Origin: Octopus sinensis
Lineage: Eukaryota
Direction: 5' to 3'
NCBI RefSeq assembly: GCF_006345805.1
Contig: NC_043016.1
Location: forward strand, 31,806,001-31,870,000
Length of the DNA: 64,000 nucleotides
Part shown: in pieces, positions 1 to 13,224 of the stretch
How positions within the stretch are numbered: the stretch's first letter is position 1
Layout: the number at the start of each line of letters is the position of its first letter
Notes under the pieces: model-generated
The model's input: only the letters and a program-made list of their open reading frames with translations
Database searches by the model: none
Told to the model about the DNA's origin: nothing
Program-made: the position numbers and the translations under genes

Positions 1-798
1 AACTTTGCCAAAAAAAAAAGAAAGAAACCAACAACCTAATCCTTGGTTTTTGTATTCGAATTGGTTACAATTATTGTCTGTTTGAACTGTAAGACCGCAT
101 TGTAGAAGAGGAAATAAGCACGGACGTTTATTGCACTAATGGATTAAGAGCATAAAAAAGATAGAGCAAAGTTCAGATAGTGGGCGATAACAAAAGAGGT
201 CATAGAGAGGAAGAGAGTAACGAAGGGAGAGAAAAAAGATATTCATTTAGAAATGATGAAATATTTTGAGAGAGGGTAAAGGCGAGGAAAGAGGCGGGAA
301 AAGGGTATGTGGAGATAAAACAGATAAACAGAAAAGATATCTATCTTGAAATGGAGGGCATATAATAATTGCGTCTTAAATGAAAACGTTCAAAATAATT
401 TTTGAATATTTCTTCTTCTTGTGGAAATGCGTAGTTTATTAAATTAACTCGCATACACAATATAGGGAACAGTTTGTTGCAATAGTACAAATTCAATTGA
501 ACTCGTGACCGGAGTGTAAAGATTAGGGAATATTAATGCTCTCTAAGAGAGTAAAAGAAAAATTTTTGTGACAAGAATTACTTTTGAAGTAACCGAGACT
601 TGTTTTTTGTCAAGAATTGAATTAATTGAATCTGTAGTAGGGTCTCTGAAAGTGGTAAAAATGCTTTTCCTTTTATTTAAATATAAAGCTAATTCAAACG
701 TGCATTATGCATTAATATTGCTCTTTTGTGGGAACATCTTAAATGAATAAATAAAATCAATTTAGCGATGTTGAGATTATAAACAGATGCCAGGATGA

Positions 799-925
799 GC
801 GCGCCCAAACGTCTACATTTATATGCAAATGAGTAGCTGCCAGATTGGTCTTAATCCATCTAAACCGGAAGTGATTGTAATGATTCATCGACTTTACCGG
901 TGCTCTAAAGATAGTCTTTCCGGAT
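799..925. promoter_or_regulatory. Promoter-like motif cluster (E2F-like, octamer, CCAAT, ETS)
   Basis: GCGCGCCCAAA 799-809, ATGCAAAT 823-830, ATTGG 844-848, CCGGAAGTG 865-873, TTCCGG 918-923, in a locally CpG-retaining segment. Confidence 0.4.
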
Positions 926-1028
926 TTTCTTCGCATCCTCATGTCATTGGATTGTTCTTGGTCACGTCTTAGAGATTTCAGCATCTTTGGACCTGGCTTG
1001 TGTAACATTCTTCTGTTTGTCAGTAACA

Positions 1029-1319
1029 CTATAAATCAACATTGAAACTATGGGGAAATTGATCAATTTCCTTTGGTGCAACGGTCCTCCCGATGGGGGT
1101 GGTGGGATTATATTTATAATTGGTCTGTTGCATCTCGATCACTCGATGTCCGTAGAAACTAACATAGGATTTATTGTCAGGGGTTAAGCCGTCTAAGACA
1201 ACTTTTCCCCAGATTTGAGAGCCATCCGGGTAGTTTGGCGTTGTCCAACGACGTTGAAAATAGCGATGTCTTTCGTACGACATCATTATAGCAAATACAA
1301 AAGAGGAACCTAATAGCAT
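1029..1319 (-). CDS. Unassigned 96-aa ORF with hydrophobic N-terminus
   Basis: ATG-initiated, non-repetitive ORF; no family recognised. Confidence 0.2.
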   Translation of the reverse strand: MLLGSSFVFAIMMSYERHRYFQRRWTTPNYPDGSQIWGKVVLDGLTPDNKSYVSFYGHRVIEMQQTNYKYNPTTPIGRTVAPKEIDQFPHSFNVDL

Positions 1320-1349
1320 ATTTTATTTTGCACTTGTAACTAAAGTTAT

Positions 1350-1680
1350 CAGACTGCGGCCATGCTTAGGCACTGCCTTTAAGGGTTTAGTCGAACATAT
1401 CCACGTCAGTATTTATTTTATTTTCAAGCCTAGTAATTATTCTATCGATCTCATTTGCCGAACTGCTAAGTTACATGGACGTAAGCATACCTGCACCGGT
1501 TGTCAAGCGGTGGTGGTGGTGGGGCGAACGCAAAGACACACACATGCGCGCATACTACAGATTTCTTTCAGTTACCATTTACCAAATCCACTCACAAGGC
1601 TTTGGTCGACCTGGAGTTATAGTAGAAGACACCCAAAGTGTCATGCAGTGGGATTTGAATCCGAAACCGTGTGGTTGTTC
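1350..1680 (-). mobile_element. tRNA-derived SINE (octopus OK/OR-like family A)
   Basis: Diagnostic blocks ccaaatccactcacaaggctttggtcg and gactgcggccatgct, shared with many copies in the window. Confidence 0.85.
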
Positions 1681-2220
1681 TAATCATGTGGTCAGGATGA
1701 AACAAACTCCTTGCCTTTATTGCCCATGCCTGTGTCACAGAGTGATTCTCATTAAACGTCATTCCTACGTTTTTTGTAGCGGCTATCTTGAACGATGGGC
1801 AAGTGTTTTTTCTCTTGTATATTAGACCCATTTAAATATTCATGTAGAATGATATTGAGTTGGGCCATATTATTGTTCTTCAAAAATGCATAACCCTCCT
1901 TAAGATATAGATAATTGCGATCCACATTTTGAGGTGATTAAACTCAATTTAAATTTGTTTCAATTCAGAGCATGTTATGCATTCACTATAAGCGTGTTTA
2001 TTTTTTTTTTTTGCCTTCTGTTTTTGATCGCAAAGTGGAAATGGAAGATTAGCGATAACAATCAGTCTTAAAACAAAAAAGTCGAAATTTTGAAAAAAAT
2101 TAGACACCGCAGAGTTGCGATGTCTAATTTTCAGCACAGTATTCTGCTCACCCCGCTAAAAAAAATTACGTGTGTTGAGGAGAGTAAGGTTTGCATAAAC
2201 AGGAATTCAAAGAGATATTG

Positions 2221-2561
2221 GCTATCTTTCGGTTTGACTCGATTTTTGTCAACAAAGAACTCGCTAAATTCCGTGAACACGTGTTGTCTTGTCAACTGTC
2301 AGTCGATAATTAAATGGGAAGAGAAAGCTAATGGGTTGTGCGTGCTTGTTGCTCTGAGTGTGTGTGTACGTGCGTGCTTGTTCCTCTGTTCTTGTTTGTG
2401 TCTCTGTGTGCTCACACACACATAGAAACAAGCATGCACGCACGTACAACCCATTAGCTTTCTCTTCCCATTTCGTGAACTGACAGTTGACGAGACAGCA
2501 CATGTTCACGGAAATTACGGAGATTTTTGTTGAAAATATTCGAGTCAAACCGAATGATAGC
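2221..2561. repeat. Foldback/MITE-like long inverted repeat
   Basis: ~120-bp arms (gctatctttcggtttgactcg.../...cgagtcaaaccgaatgatagc) around a (TG)/(CA)-rich centre. Confidence 0.85.
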
Positions 2562-2769
2562 TTAAATTTGTGATTCCTGATGTTATGCAGGAGCAACTGC
2601 TTAAGAACATCAGCAGCTGAACCCAAGACCACTAGATTGGGAGGCAAGCTTCTTAACCACACAACCACAACTGCACAATGCTCAGATTAGCTAAATCAGT
2701 GCTGACTTTCAATCACATTACTGGGAATTATTTACTATTTTGTGTCCTGCAGAGAGTTATATATACATA

Positions 2770-2968
2770 GGCACAGGAGTGGCTCTTTGGATAAGGAGCT
2801 TGCTTCCCAACCACATGGTTCCAGGTTCAGTGCTACTGCATGGAACCTTGGGCAAGTATCTTCCACAATAGCTTCAGGCTGACCAAAGCCTTGAGAGTGG
2901 ATTTGGTAGATGGAAATTGAAAGAAGCACATTGTATATATGTATGTGTGTCTGTGTTTGTCTCCCCAC
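2770..2968 (+). mobile_element. SINE family A, 5' half
   Basis: Head ggcacaggagtggct...ccacatggttccaggttcag; gtggatttggtagatggaaa. Confidence 0.85.
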
Positions 2969-3304
2969 AACATTTAGATCTAAATAATTTTATTTTTAAA
3001 AAGAAAATGTATTTATTTTAGCATCAATGATTGCAAAAGTGAAAAATTTCATAGTTTTGTTCTCATGAATTTGTATAAAAAAAGTTGTGAGGTAAAATAT
3101 TAAAGATAATCTACGTAAGGCACAAAATTGGATTCAAGTATAATTAATGTTTTTATTTTAAAAAACAAACTATATTTTAATTAAGATTAAATGATAGAGA
3201 TCAATTTGAGCAATTTCATAGTATCAATCTTATGCAATGGAGTTTTAAGCGAAAAAAGTTATGTGTTTATTTCTCAAGTTTGAGGGTGGTAATACTTTTT
3301 TATG

Positions 3305-3470
3305 AATATGGTTCTCTCCTTGTTTTTTTCTGTGCCCATTTCTGTAGAAGAGCGTAGGCTCGAAACGTAAAAGACTTTTTCAATTCCTGAGCGTTATACT
3401 AATACATCTGTTTGTTTTGTACACTACCTGTATTCATCTTTTGTTTTTTTTCGTGAGGTCTCCCTATATA
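3305..3470 (+). mobile_element. Penelope-like pLTR/3' fragment with hammerhead-like motif
   Basis: ctgtagaagagcgtaggctcgaaacgtaaaag; related copy on the minus strand at ~21300-21475. Confidence 0.6.
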
Positions 3471-3605
3471 TATATAAACATATGTGTATGTATATATATG
3501 TATGCATATATATATATATTCATGTATATGTATGTATGCAGGTATATATATGTATATATGTATATATATATATATATATATGCATATATGTATATTTATA
3601 TGTAT

Positions 3606-4065
3606 ACTAGCAGTATTGCCCGGCTTTGCAAGATGGTCAATGTTATGAAAACAATTGGTATGTGCTCACAAAGTCCAAACAATTAATACGAAAAACCCAG
3701 GCTACATCCCGAAAATTCATTTCTTTGCCGAATTTCTACAATGTTTACGGCGATTCATTTTTATATCTTGATTTTTAATTTTTCATGCAATTTACGCATG
3801 CTTGCACGCGTGGTGAACACAGTTCACGTCAAACAGCTGACTGAGTAAAGTTCACTATTCAATGCATGGGGTAAGGCCTAAACAAACACCTTATCGATTT
3901 TTGCACTTGCGAGATGAATTTCGGAACAGAAATAGCGCAGTTCAATTTTCATTCGCCTAAACTTTAAGTGACCCATTTTTGGTGGTTCTACGAATTGTTA
4001 GTTAGTTGATATGCCAGGAAGTTATACACACACAGACACACAAGTTGAGTTTTATATATATAGAT
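3606..4065 (+). mobile_element. Non-autonomous Helitron/Helentron-like element
   Basis: 5' actagc..gcccggc, 3' acacag..agttttatatatatagat; same termini style as 37698-38745; sits in (TA)n. Confidence 0.55.
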
Positions 4066-4084
4066 ACATGTATATGTTATGTAT

Positions 4085-4625
4085 GTATGCATGTATATGT
4101 GATTGAGACCTTTTGAGATATGCTTTGCTTGAGAAGACCCGGCAAGCCAAATTAGACCATAACCCATGGCTTATGCCAGTTGTGTATAACTAGCCCACTT
4201 ATGAGTACCCTTCATTCATTCATTGGACAATAAACTTTGCCTGCGAAGACCTGTTGATACAAGTGAAATTAAAATTGCTGACATGGCCACTGACAGTACC
4301 GTGGCAGTGGAGTGTTAAAAGCACCATCTGAGCGTGATCGTTGCCCGGGCTCCTAACCGATTCCCATGCCGGTGTTTCGTAAAAGCACTATTCATGCGTG
4401 ATCGTTGCTAGTGTCGCCTTACTGGCACGTGAAAAACAACATTCGAAGGCGGTCATTGCCAGTGCTGTTGGACTGGCTTCCATGTAGGTGGCACATAAAA
4501 AACACCTTTGAGCATGGTTGTTGCCAGTACCGCCTGACAGACCCTCGTGCCGGTGGAACATAAAAGCAGCCACTACACTCGGAGTAGTTGGCATTAGGAA
4601 GGGCATTCCAGCTGTCGTGCGTGTA
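4085..4625 (+). mobile_element. RTE-LINE 3'UTR-derived repeat (family C)
   Basis: gacccggcaag..., gaagacctgttga.., ggcacataaaa repeats, ttaggaagggcattccagctg; shared with 61015-63161 and 63790-64000. Confidence 0.75.
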
Positions 4626-4738
4626 TGGGAGGTATGTGTGGGTTCATTTGGGTGTGTATGTATATGTATATACACACACACGCACACACACACACATGCA
4701 CACACACACTCACACATATATATGTGTGTGTATATATA

Positions 4739-4774
<36 letters not shown>

Positions 4775-4775
<1 letters not shown>

Positions 4776-4995
4776 GTCGGGCATGTGGAAGAGAGTGTAA
4801 TTCGGCAGGAGGACTTAAACGACATGCAAAGGTACATGAAGCCCAGTTACAACTACAGCTGGCTAAAGGTCTTAGTTGCCAATTTTGTACAAGACATTGT
4901 AGATCTTTAGCTGGGCTGAAAAGTCACTTTTAATCACAGCACCAGTAACAGTTAAGCTTCGTGCAATGGCCATACTCGATAAATAGAGGGCAGCC

Positions 4996-5000
<5 letters not shown>
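4775..5000 (+). mobile_element. 5'-truncated RTE-type LINE 3' end with two C2H2-like fingers
   Basis: CRACGRECNSAGGLKRHAKVH...CQFCTRHCRSLAGLKSHF*, short 3'UTR, then (TA)n. Confidence 0.65.
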
Positions 5001-5050
<50 letters not shown>

Positions 5051-5054
<4 letters not shown>

Positions 5055-5864
5055 ATAGTAAAAAGTGAAAAAACTACAGAAGGCTTGTTTTAAAAGGTTA
5101 AAAAATATATATTTGAGTTATTATGTCAGAAGAATGTTATAAATTTTTTTCATACAATGACATAGTTTTTGAAGAAATGACCGGTTTCGTGTTCTTCTTT
5201 TCAAATTTCTTACATCGTTATGTTTTCGTTGAGAAGTGTAAAGAGGGACAGAAATTCAAGATCAAATCTAATTTTACTTGTGCCTCTGATAACATAATTT
5301 ATATCATAAGATGCTTGGGCTGCCACCAAAATTACGTTGGGACCACAGGACTATCACTCAAACGTAGATGCACACTGCATCGACAACAGATTGCATTCCC
5401 AGAATACGGAATGATACCCTTTAGTGAACACATTGAGAAATGCGCAAAGCAACTACTACCACAATTTTTAATCTTTCCATTTTACCAATGTGCTATCGGA
5501 ACACCAACACAAATTAGACTAAACAAGGAAACATTCTTCATTGAAAAATATACGCCCAAACTTAACCACTCCAGCATTCTTATACAGAGAAACTCACCCC
5601 CCAAAAAAGGCAAGAAATATTAAGCGATTATCTCCCTTACACCGGAAGAAATCACCTCCCTTACCTGGAACTCTTCTTTACACTTCTCAACGAAAACAAA
5701 ACGATGTAAGAACTTTGAAAAGCTGAATGCGAAACCGGTCATTTCTTCAAAAACTATGTCATTGTAGGAAAAAAATTTATAACATTCTTCTGACATAATG
5801 ACTCAATATATTTTTTAACCTTTTAAAACAAGCCTTCTGTAGTTTTTTCACTTTTTACTATTTT
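5051..5864 (+). mobile_element. Penelope-like element fragment: GIY-YIG endonuclease, flanked by ~137-bp inverted repeats
   Basis: FTCASDNIIYIIRCLGCHQNYVGTTG...RCTLH...RLNKETFFIEKYTPKLN; 5051-5189 is the reverse complement of 5730-5864. Confidence 0.9.
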
Positions 5865-5907
5865 CTATATATTCAACCACGTGCTTTCACACACCAACTT
5901 TCTCACC

Positions 5908-5953
<46 letters not shown>

Positions 5954-6062
5954 TGTATATATATATGTATGTATATATATGTATATATATATATATATAT
6001 GTATGTATATATATATATATGATGTATGTATATATATATATATGATGTATATGTATAATATG

Positions 6063-6111
<49 letters not shown>

Positions 6112-6151
6112 TATGTATATATGTATATATATATGTATGTATATATATATG

Positions 6152-6186
<35 letters not shown>

Positions 6187-6254
6187 TATGTATATATGTA
6201 TGTATATATATATGTATGTATATATATATGTATGTATGTATATATGTATGTATG

Positions 6255-6290
<36 letters not shown>

Positions 6291-6597
6291 TGTATGTATA
6301 TATGTATGTATGTATATATGTATGTATATATATATGTATGTATATATATATGTATGTATGTATGTATGTATATATATATATATATGATGTATATATGTAT
6401 ATATATATATGTATGTATGTATATATGTATATATATATATATGTATGTATGTATATATGTATATATATATGTATGTATGTATATATATATATGATGTATG
6501 TATATATATATGTGTATGTATATATATATGTATATATGTATGTATATATATATGTATGTGTATATATATGTATGTATATATGTATGTATATATAATG

Positions 6598-6648
<51 letters not shown>

Positions 6649-6670
6649 GTATGTATATATATATATGTAT

Positions 6671-6710
<40 letters not shown>

Positions 6711-6741
6711 GTATGTATATATATATATATATGTATGTATG

Positions 6742-6775
<34 letters not shown>

Positions 6776-6801
6776 TGTATATATATATATATGTATGTAT
6801 G

Positions 6802-6835
<34 letters not shown>

Positions 6836-7258
6836 TGTATGTATATATGTATGTATGTATAATGTATGTATGTATGTATATATGTATGTATGTATGTATA
6901 TATGTATGTATGTATGTATATATGTATGTATATATGTATGTATATATATGTATATATGTATGTATATATATATATATGTATGTATGTATATATATATGTA
7001 TATATATATATATATGTATGTATGTATATATATATGTATATATATATGTATATATATATATATGTATGTAAGTATATATATATATGTATGTATGTATATA
7101 TATATGTATATATATATGTATATATATATGTATGTATATATATATATGTATATATATATGTATGTATATATATATGTATGTATATATATATGTATGTATA
7201 TATATATGTATGTATATATATATGTATGTATATATATATGTATGTATATATATATATG

Positions 7259-7298
<40 letters not shown>

Positions 7299-7372
7299 TG
7301 TATATATATATGTATGTATATATATATGTATATATATATATGTATATATATATGTATGTATATATATATATG

Positions 7373-7426
<54 letters not shown>

Positions 7427-7429
7427 TAG

Positions 7430-7504
<75 letters not shown>

Positions 7505-7570
7505 GGTATATAATGTATGTGTGTATATATACATGTATGAATATGTTTGTAAGTATGTGCATATATATGT
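5908..7570. repeat. 1.66-kb compound (TA)n/(TATG)n microsatellite
   Basis: Seen directly; generates the spurious I/Y/H/T and M/Y/V/C ORFs. Confidence 0.99.
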
Positions 7571-8900
7571 GTGGCATGTGTCATGTTGTAGATTGATTAG
7601 TGATGGTGCACAATTCTTTCACAATACCAAGTGAAAATCTGAAAAAAAAAAACTGTTAGAGTGTCACTTGAGAGCAATACAAAGCAGCCAATAGTCCCTC
7701 TTCTGCTCTCAACGCAGTCAATGCCTGCTCTGCTTTTGGCCTTGTGAATTCCACTTGCCAGTAACGATGTTTTTATCTAAGACATCATGATCAAATTATT
7801 TTTGTGAAACTTGTATTTTGATTTAATTTTGCTTGCATTTACTCAGCTCTGCAAATTAAGGAATCTTTACATTTGTCTCTTAGAAAATCATTCAAGGCTT
7901 AGAGACACCACTTGGTAATTGAATCATTACGACAGGTCGTAACCGTGTGCTAATTAACTCCCTTTATGCCCTCATGTTTTAATTAACGTTTTTTACTATT
8001 TCGTTGATACAGATTCTGGAGAGTTTAAAAAAAAATTTAAAGTTGTCCCCCTTATCTGTCTTGAATCAAAGATTGATTCCCTCCCTTCACCATGAATTAA
8101 ATTTCGAATAATAAAAATTTCTTGTCTCATAATAATTATTTTACCACCAGCGTTACGATTTAGTTTGCCTGGAGAGTGTGTTCTGGGGTATTTTCTCCTA
8201 CCCCTTGTTAATCTGTTCGAATATTTTTCAATTTTAAAACAGTTCCCTTTACATTATAAGAAATAAAACAAAACAGGTGTTTTATTTTTTGTAACTTATA
8301 AACCTGTTTAAAAGAAATAATATAGTATAAAAATAGCGAAACAAATGTAGCAAATCTCTATATATTAGTCTTTTCCCTGCGAATGAAGACAGCTTTTAAT
8401 GGAGATATAACTTATTCTCCTTCAACAAGTCCAAACCAGTTTCATAAAACTATGTAGCTAAATCCCTCGAATATGTTTTAAAAAATCCTTGGTTGTGCCC
8501 TCCCTGATCCCTCTAGTGTAAAACATCACCAAAATTACCAGGAGGATAAAGTTTCCTTTTAACGTACGACGCAATGAGTTTTGATATCCTCTGTAATTTA
8601 ATATTTTGAAGATGTAATTTTTGTTTTGCCTTCAAACATGTAAGTAGTTGCCTCCCTTAATCTGATAAAAGTATTTATAATTTTACTGATTAACTTTAAA
8701 TCTGAACCTGAAAAATGAAATTAGATTTTTTGGTCAATTTTATCCTTCATATTTTGTAAGTTTTGGACAGAATATATCCTTATTAATTGTATTATATTAT
8801 GAGTTTATTTTATATTTCATTGAAACATTAACAAGTAATTTATATGTTGAAGTTCATTGATTAATAAAATTTTAAACAATTTTTTTTTGTTTGTTTTCAG

Positions 8901-9048
8901 GTAACAACTGGTACTTCAAAAATTATGCTGCAGACTGCCCCATGCCCCCTGTTTAAAAAATTCCTATGTTTTTATATGCCAAATATAACGGATGCCACCT
9001 ATTTGGAGTACCAGTTTATCAGGAGTAATAAAATGGAATCTTTTATTG
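8901..9048 (+). ncRNA. Putative exon of a + strand spliced, apparently non-coding transcript
   Basis: Upstream donor AACAT|GTAAGT (8640), acceptor ttgttttcag (8900), donor gtaaat (9049); further acceptors at 9379 and 9753; no credible ORF. Confidence 0.4.
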
Positions 9049-10635
9049 GTAAATTTGTCAATATTCTAATTTCAAATAATGGAATTAATTATTGGCATAT
9101 TTTCGTTTGAGATTTCTATTTCCTTTTTTAAGGAGTTGGGAACGCCTGAACATTACCGTCCGGGCGACTATATCCTTTAAAATGAATACTAATCAGAAAA
9201 TTCTTTTATTTTAGCTTAAAAAAAAAATTTTAAAAAAATTACAAAAAAAAAATACAACAAAACAAATATGCATACACACAATAATTCTGACAAAATTCTC
9301 TTTCAGGATTATTCTTTTTCAGGATTTAATTTAAAAATAGTCTTGGATGAGGTATAACATTATTTTTGTCTCTTTACAGATATGTGTTTTCACATATTGA
9401 TTCAAATTAGTTTTCACGTGTTTTTCTGAAGAAAGCATGGGTGGGTTCCAGAATTTGCAAACCAGAACCAGATGACAATAGAAGTGTATGGTATCAGGGA
9501 GTATATTCTGATTATTATTATTATAATTATTTTAGTTAATAACTATATAAACATTTTATTAAAGTTCACTTCATCAACATATATTTAATTTAAATAGCTA
9601 TTTCAAATGCTATTTTCATTACAAATTTGGTAAATACAATCAGTATCTTCACTAAGTTACAATAAGAGATTTTTTTTTTTATTAAAATTTTTTTTTTTTT
9701 TAATGTGATCAAATCGTGGGTCAATTTCTAAAGTTCTCTCTGTATACTTTCAGAAGACTGAAACAAGTCGATTGAAAATGTGATGCTGTGCAGTGTGAAA
9801 CATTTAGATGAGACTGGAAAGAAATTATTCTTAGTCATTAGAGGAAGAAAGAAAGGATTGCAGATTAATATTTAGATTAGAATAATTTACAATTAGTTTA
9901 CTAAAAACATAGCTACTTTATGTACGAGTTAACAACTAATAGTTTATCTCTTTAGACTTAAGTTGCATATTTAGAAGGAAGTGTTAGATATAAAAACCTC
10001 AATTTGTTGCTATATTTTCATTTAAGTTGACCAGTCTGTGTGAAAAGATACTTTTTGGTTAGTTATAGTATAAATATTATGTTATTAAATAGTATTTCTT
10101 TTGATTTGTAGATACATCAGATTTCATAGTTATAGTCCCTTAATAGAAGTAGTATTGTTAAATAATCTAAATATCTAAAGTATAACTTTCTGTTACAGTA
10201 ACTGTAATGTGTGAGAGAGGGTATTATATATACTTTCACCTGTTTTAAGAATTACTATGGCAGAATCATATGCCATAATAGGTCAATTGTTAGAACAATA
10301 TTAGCAGATATGCCTAAACATCTTGTTTAACATCTTATGTGGACACTTCTTGACTTGAAGAATAGGAAATGTTAGGCCTTCTTAGATAATTTTCTTTGTC
10401 TTGCTTGTATGTTTATTTATTGAAATTTGTGAACAACTGTCATTGAATCCAAGCTTCCAATGAGCCAAACAATAGTTCACTGTATGGCAAGAGTGTCAAG
10501 GGAGCATCTGAGCAACTTGGCAGAACAAATACCACACGGTGTTTGTTGTATGAAATTTACTTGTTTATCTGTTTTCTTGCCAATGTCCACATGAGTTGTA
10601 GGCATATAAGCATAAATTTATATTTATAAATATAT

Positions 10636-11280
<645 letters not shown>

Positions 11281-11283
11281 CTC

Positions 11284-11421
11284 CAGTAGCATAGCCAGAG
11301 TGTGTGCCACCCTGGGGTGACCCTTTAGTTTGTGCCCCCCCATGCATATTGCTTACTGCAAGCCCAAAAGTGGTGCCACCTAGGGTAAACGTCCCCTCCA
11401 TCCCATGTAGCTACGCTAGTG
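11284..11421. mobile_element. Short hAT-like MITE
   Basis: Imperfect TIRs cagtagcatagc / gctacgctagtg. Confidence 0.55.
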
Positions 11422-11593
11422 ATATTCCACATAATTGTTACATTATATACATCAGCAGATTTGGTTTCCAACTAAATTTGGCTCTCTAGGCATTGGCCAA
11501 TTCAAAGTTATGATAGAATGCACTTGCCCAAGGTGTTGTATTGTGATGCATATCGTTGAGCTTCTTTTCTCAACAACCATTTCTGTGCGTATA

Positions 11594-11719
11594 CCCATCT
11601 TGTAACATAGTAACTTTATGTACTACATTAAGTAGCTTTGGATGTTAAAGTTACAACCCATCTTGTAACATAGTAACTTTATGTACTACATTAAGTAGCT
11701 TTGGATGTTAAAGTTACAA
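11594..11719. repeat. Perfect 63-bp tandem duplication
   Basis: cccatcttgtaacatag...aaagttacaa present twice. Confidence 0.95.
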
Positions 11720-13224
11720 TGTTACATCTAAATTCATTTTGAATTAAAATTGAATAACGACAACAAAAAAAAGTATAGCATTGAAATATTTTAATGTTAT
11801 ACTTTTTTTTCCTTTCCATTTTTGTTATTTCATCATGTCATTCTGAGCAACCTCCATTAAAAGCCGGTTTTCCTTTCCTTTCCTCATCAAGCCAATCCTA
11901 TCTTTTTGAGTTTCATTTTTTCCACACCTCTTTAATACTGTTAATACTGGGATTGGCAGAATTGTTAAAGAGTTGGACGAAATGCTTTGTGGTGTTTATG
12001 TTAAGGCTCTTTACATTCTGAGTTCATATCCTATTGAGGTCGACATTGTCTTTCATTCTTCAGGTTTCAGTAAAAATATGTACCAATCAAGTATTGAGAT
12101 CAATTTATAATCAGCTCTATCCTCCCTTGAGATTTCTGGTCTTGTGTCAGCAAAAACCTATATTTCACAACATACTGCCAGAAATACTTCGTTTTGAGAT
12201 TCTAGAAAATTAAATGAAAAAGAAAATGATGTATTTTCCTTCTATACACTCAAGTTATACCATAATCTTTTGCACTGAGATATTAAAATGACCTGTTTGC
12301 TGTATTCTAACATTGTTGCAATTAATTTTCACCTGATTAGAGAACACATTCTGTGAATTTGACAATTCTGATGTAGATTTTTTTCCTTTACCAAAGTCCG
12401 AATACAACTGAAAACGTACCGAAAAGTTCATTTTAAAATCAAGAATTTTTGTGAAATACAAAACTTTTTTTTTAAACATTATAATTAACAATGTTTTTAT
12501 TTTTGGAGGGGGTAAAAAAAAAGGCCTTTTTTTTTTAAAAAAAGTATTTGAAATATTTTTTATTGTTGGATTGTATATTTTTATTACTTTCCTTTTTTTT
12601 ATGGTCAGAATACATTTTTTACTGGTGTACTTCAAATTATTATTATGTCCTGTTTAATATTTAATTAAATGCGCATTTAATTATTTTTATTTTATTTTTT
12701 GAAAAATTTAACATTGTATTATTTATTTATTTATTTATTCTATTTTGTATTGAACTTTTTTTCTTGAAATGCAACATTTTTCGGTTTTCATCATCAAATT
12801 ATCTACATCATTTCTGACAAAAAAATAAAAAAAAGAAATTGTCAGTGTTTTTGAATGTTTGAGACATTACAAAATACAGCTGTGGGGGGAAAAAAAACAA
12901 CAATCATCATTTCATCATATCATGAAAATGTAAATATCTTGCATAATTCTCTCATTTTTATAGTTAATTTGGATCTCATGCTTCTTAAATTCTGGCAGTA
13001 TAATTTTCTCATACTGAATTACTAAACAATTTTAGAAGCAATATTTTTTTTGTTTCCCATCCTTAGTTTAAAATTTTAACTCTTATTATGATCATTTTTG
13101 GAGAGTTCTATTTGAAATCATTTATATGCAACATCATTCTCCTTATTTTTCTTTATGGTTATTTTATAATTTGTTTAAAATATTTTTTTTACTAATATTG
13201 AAATATTATTATTGTTCATTACTT

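Noticed and set aside
500-1300. snRNA gene driven by the octamer motif
   Set aside because: No U1, U2, U4, U5, U6, U11, U12 or 7SK 5' sequence recognised on either strand.
5887-7596. Long ORFs (up to 565 aa) of I/Y/H/T or M/Y/V/C
   Set aside because: Translations of a TA/TATG microsatellite, which lacks stop codons in those frames.
8925-9110. 61-aa ORF as a protein gene
   Set aside because: Runs through a likely donor at 9049; the spliced version is ~57 aa with no recognisable features.
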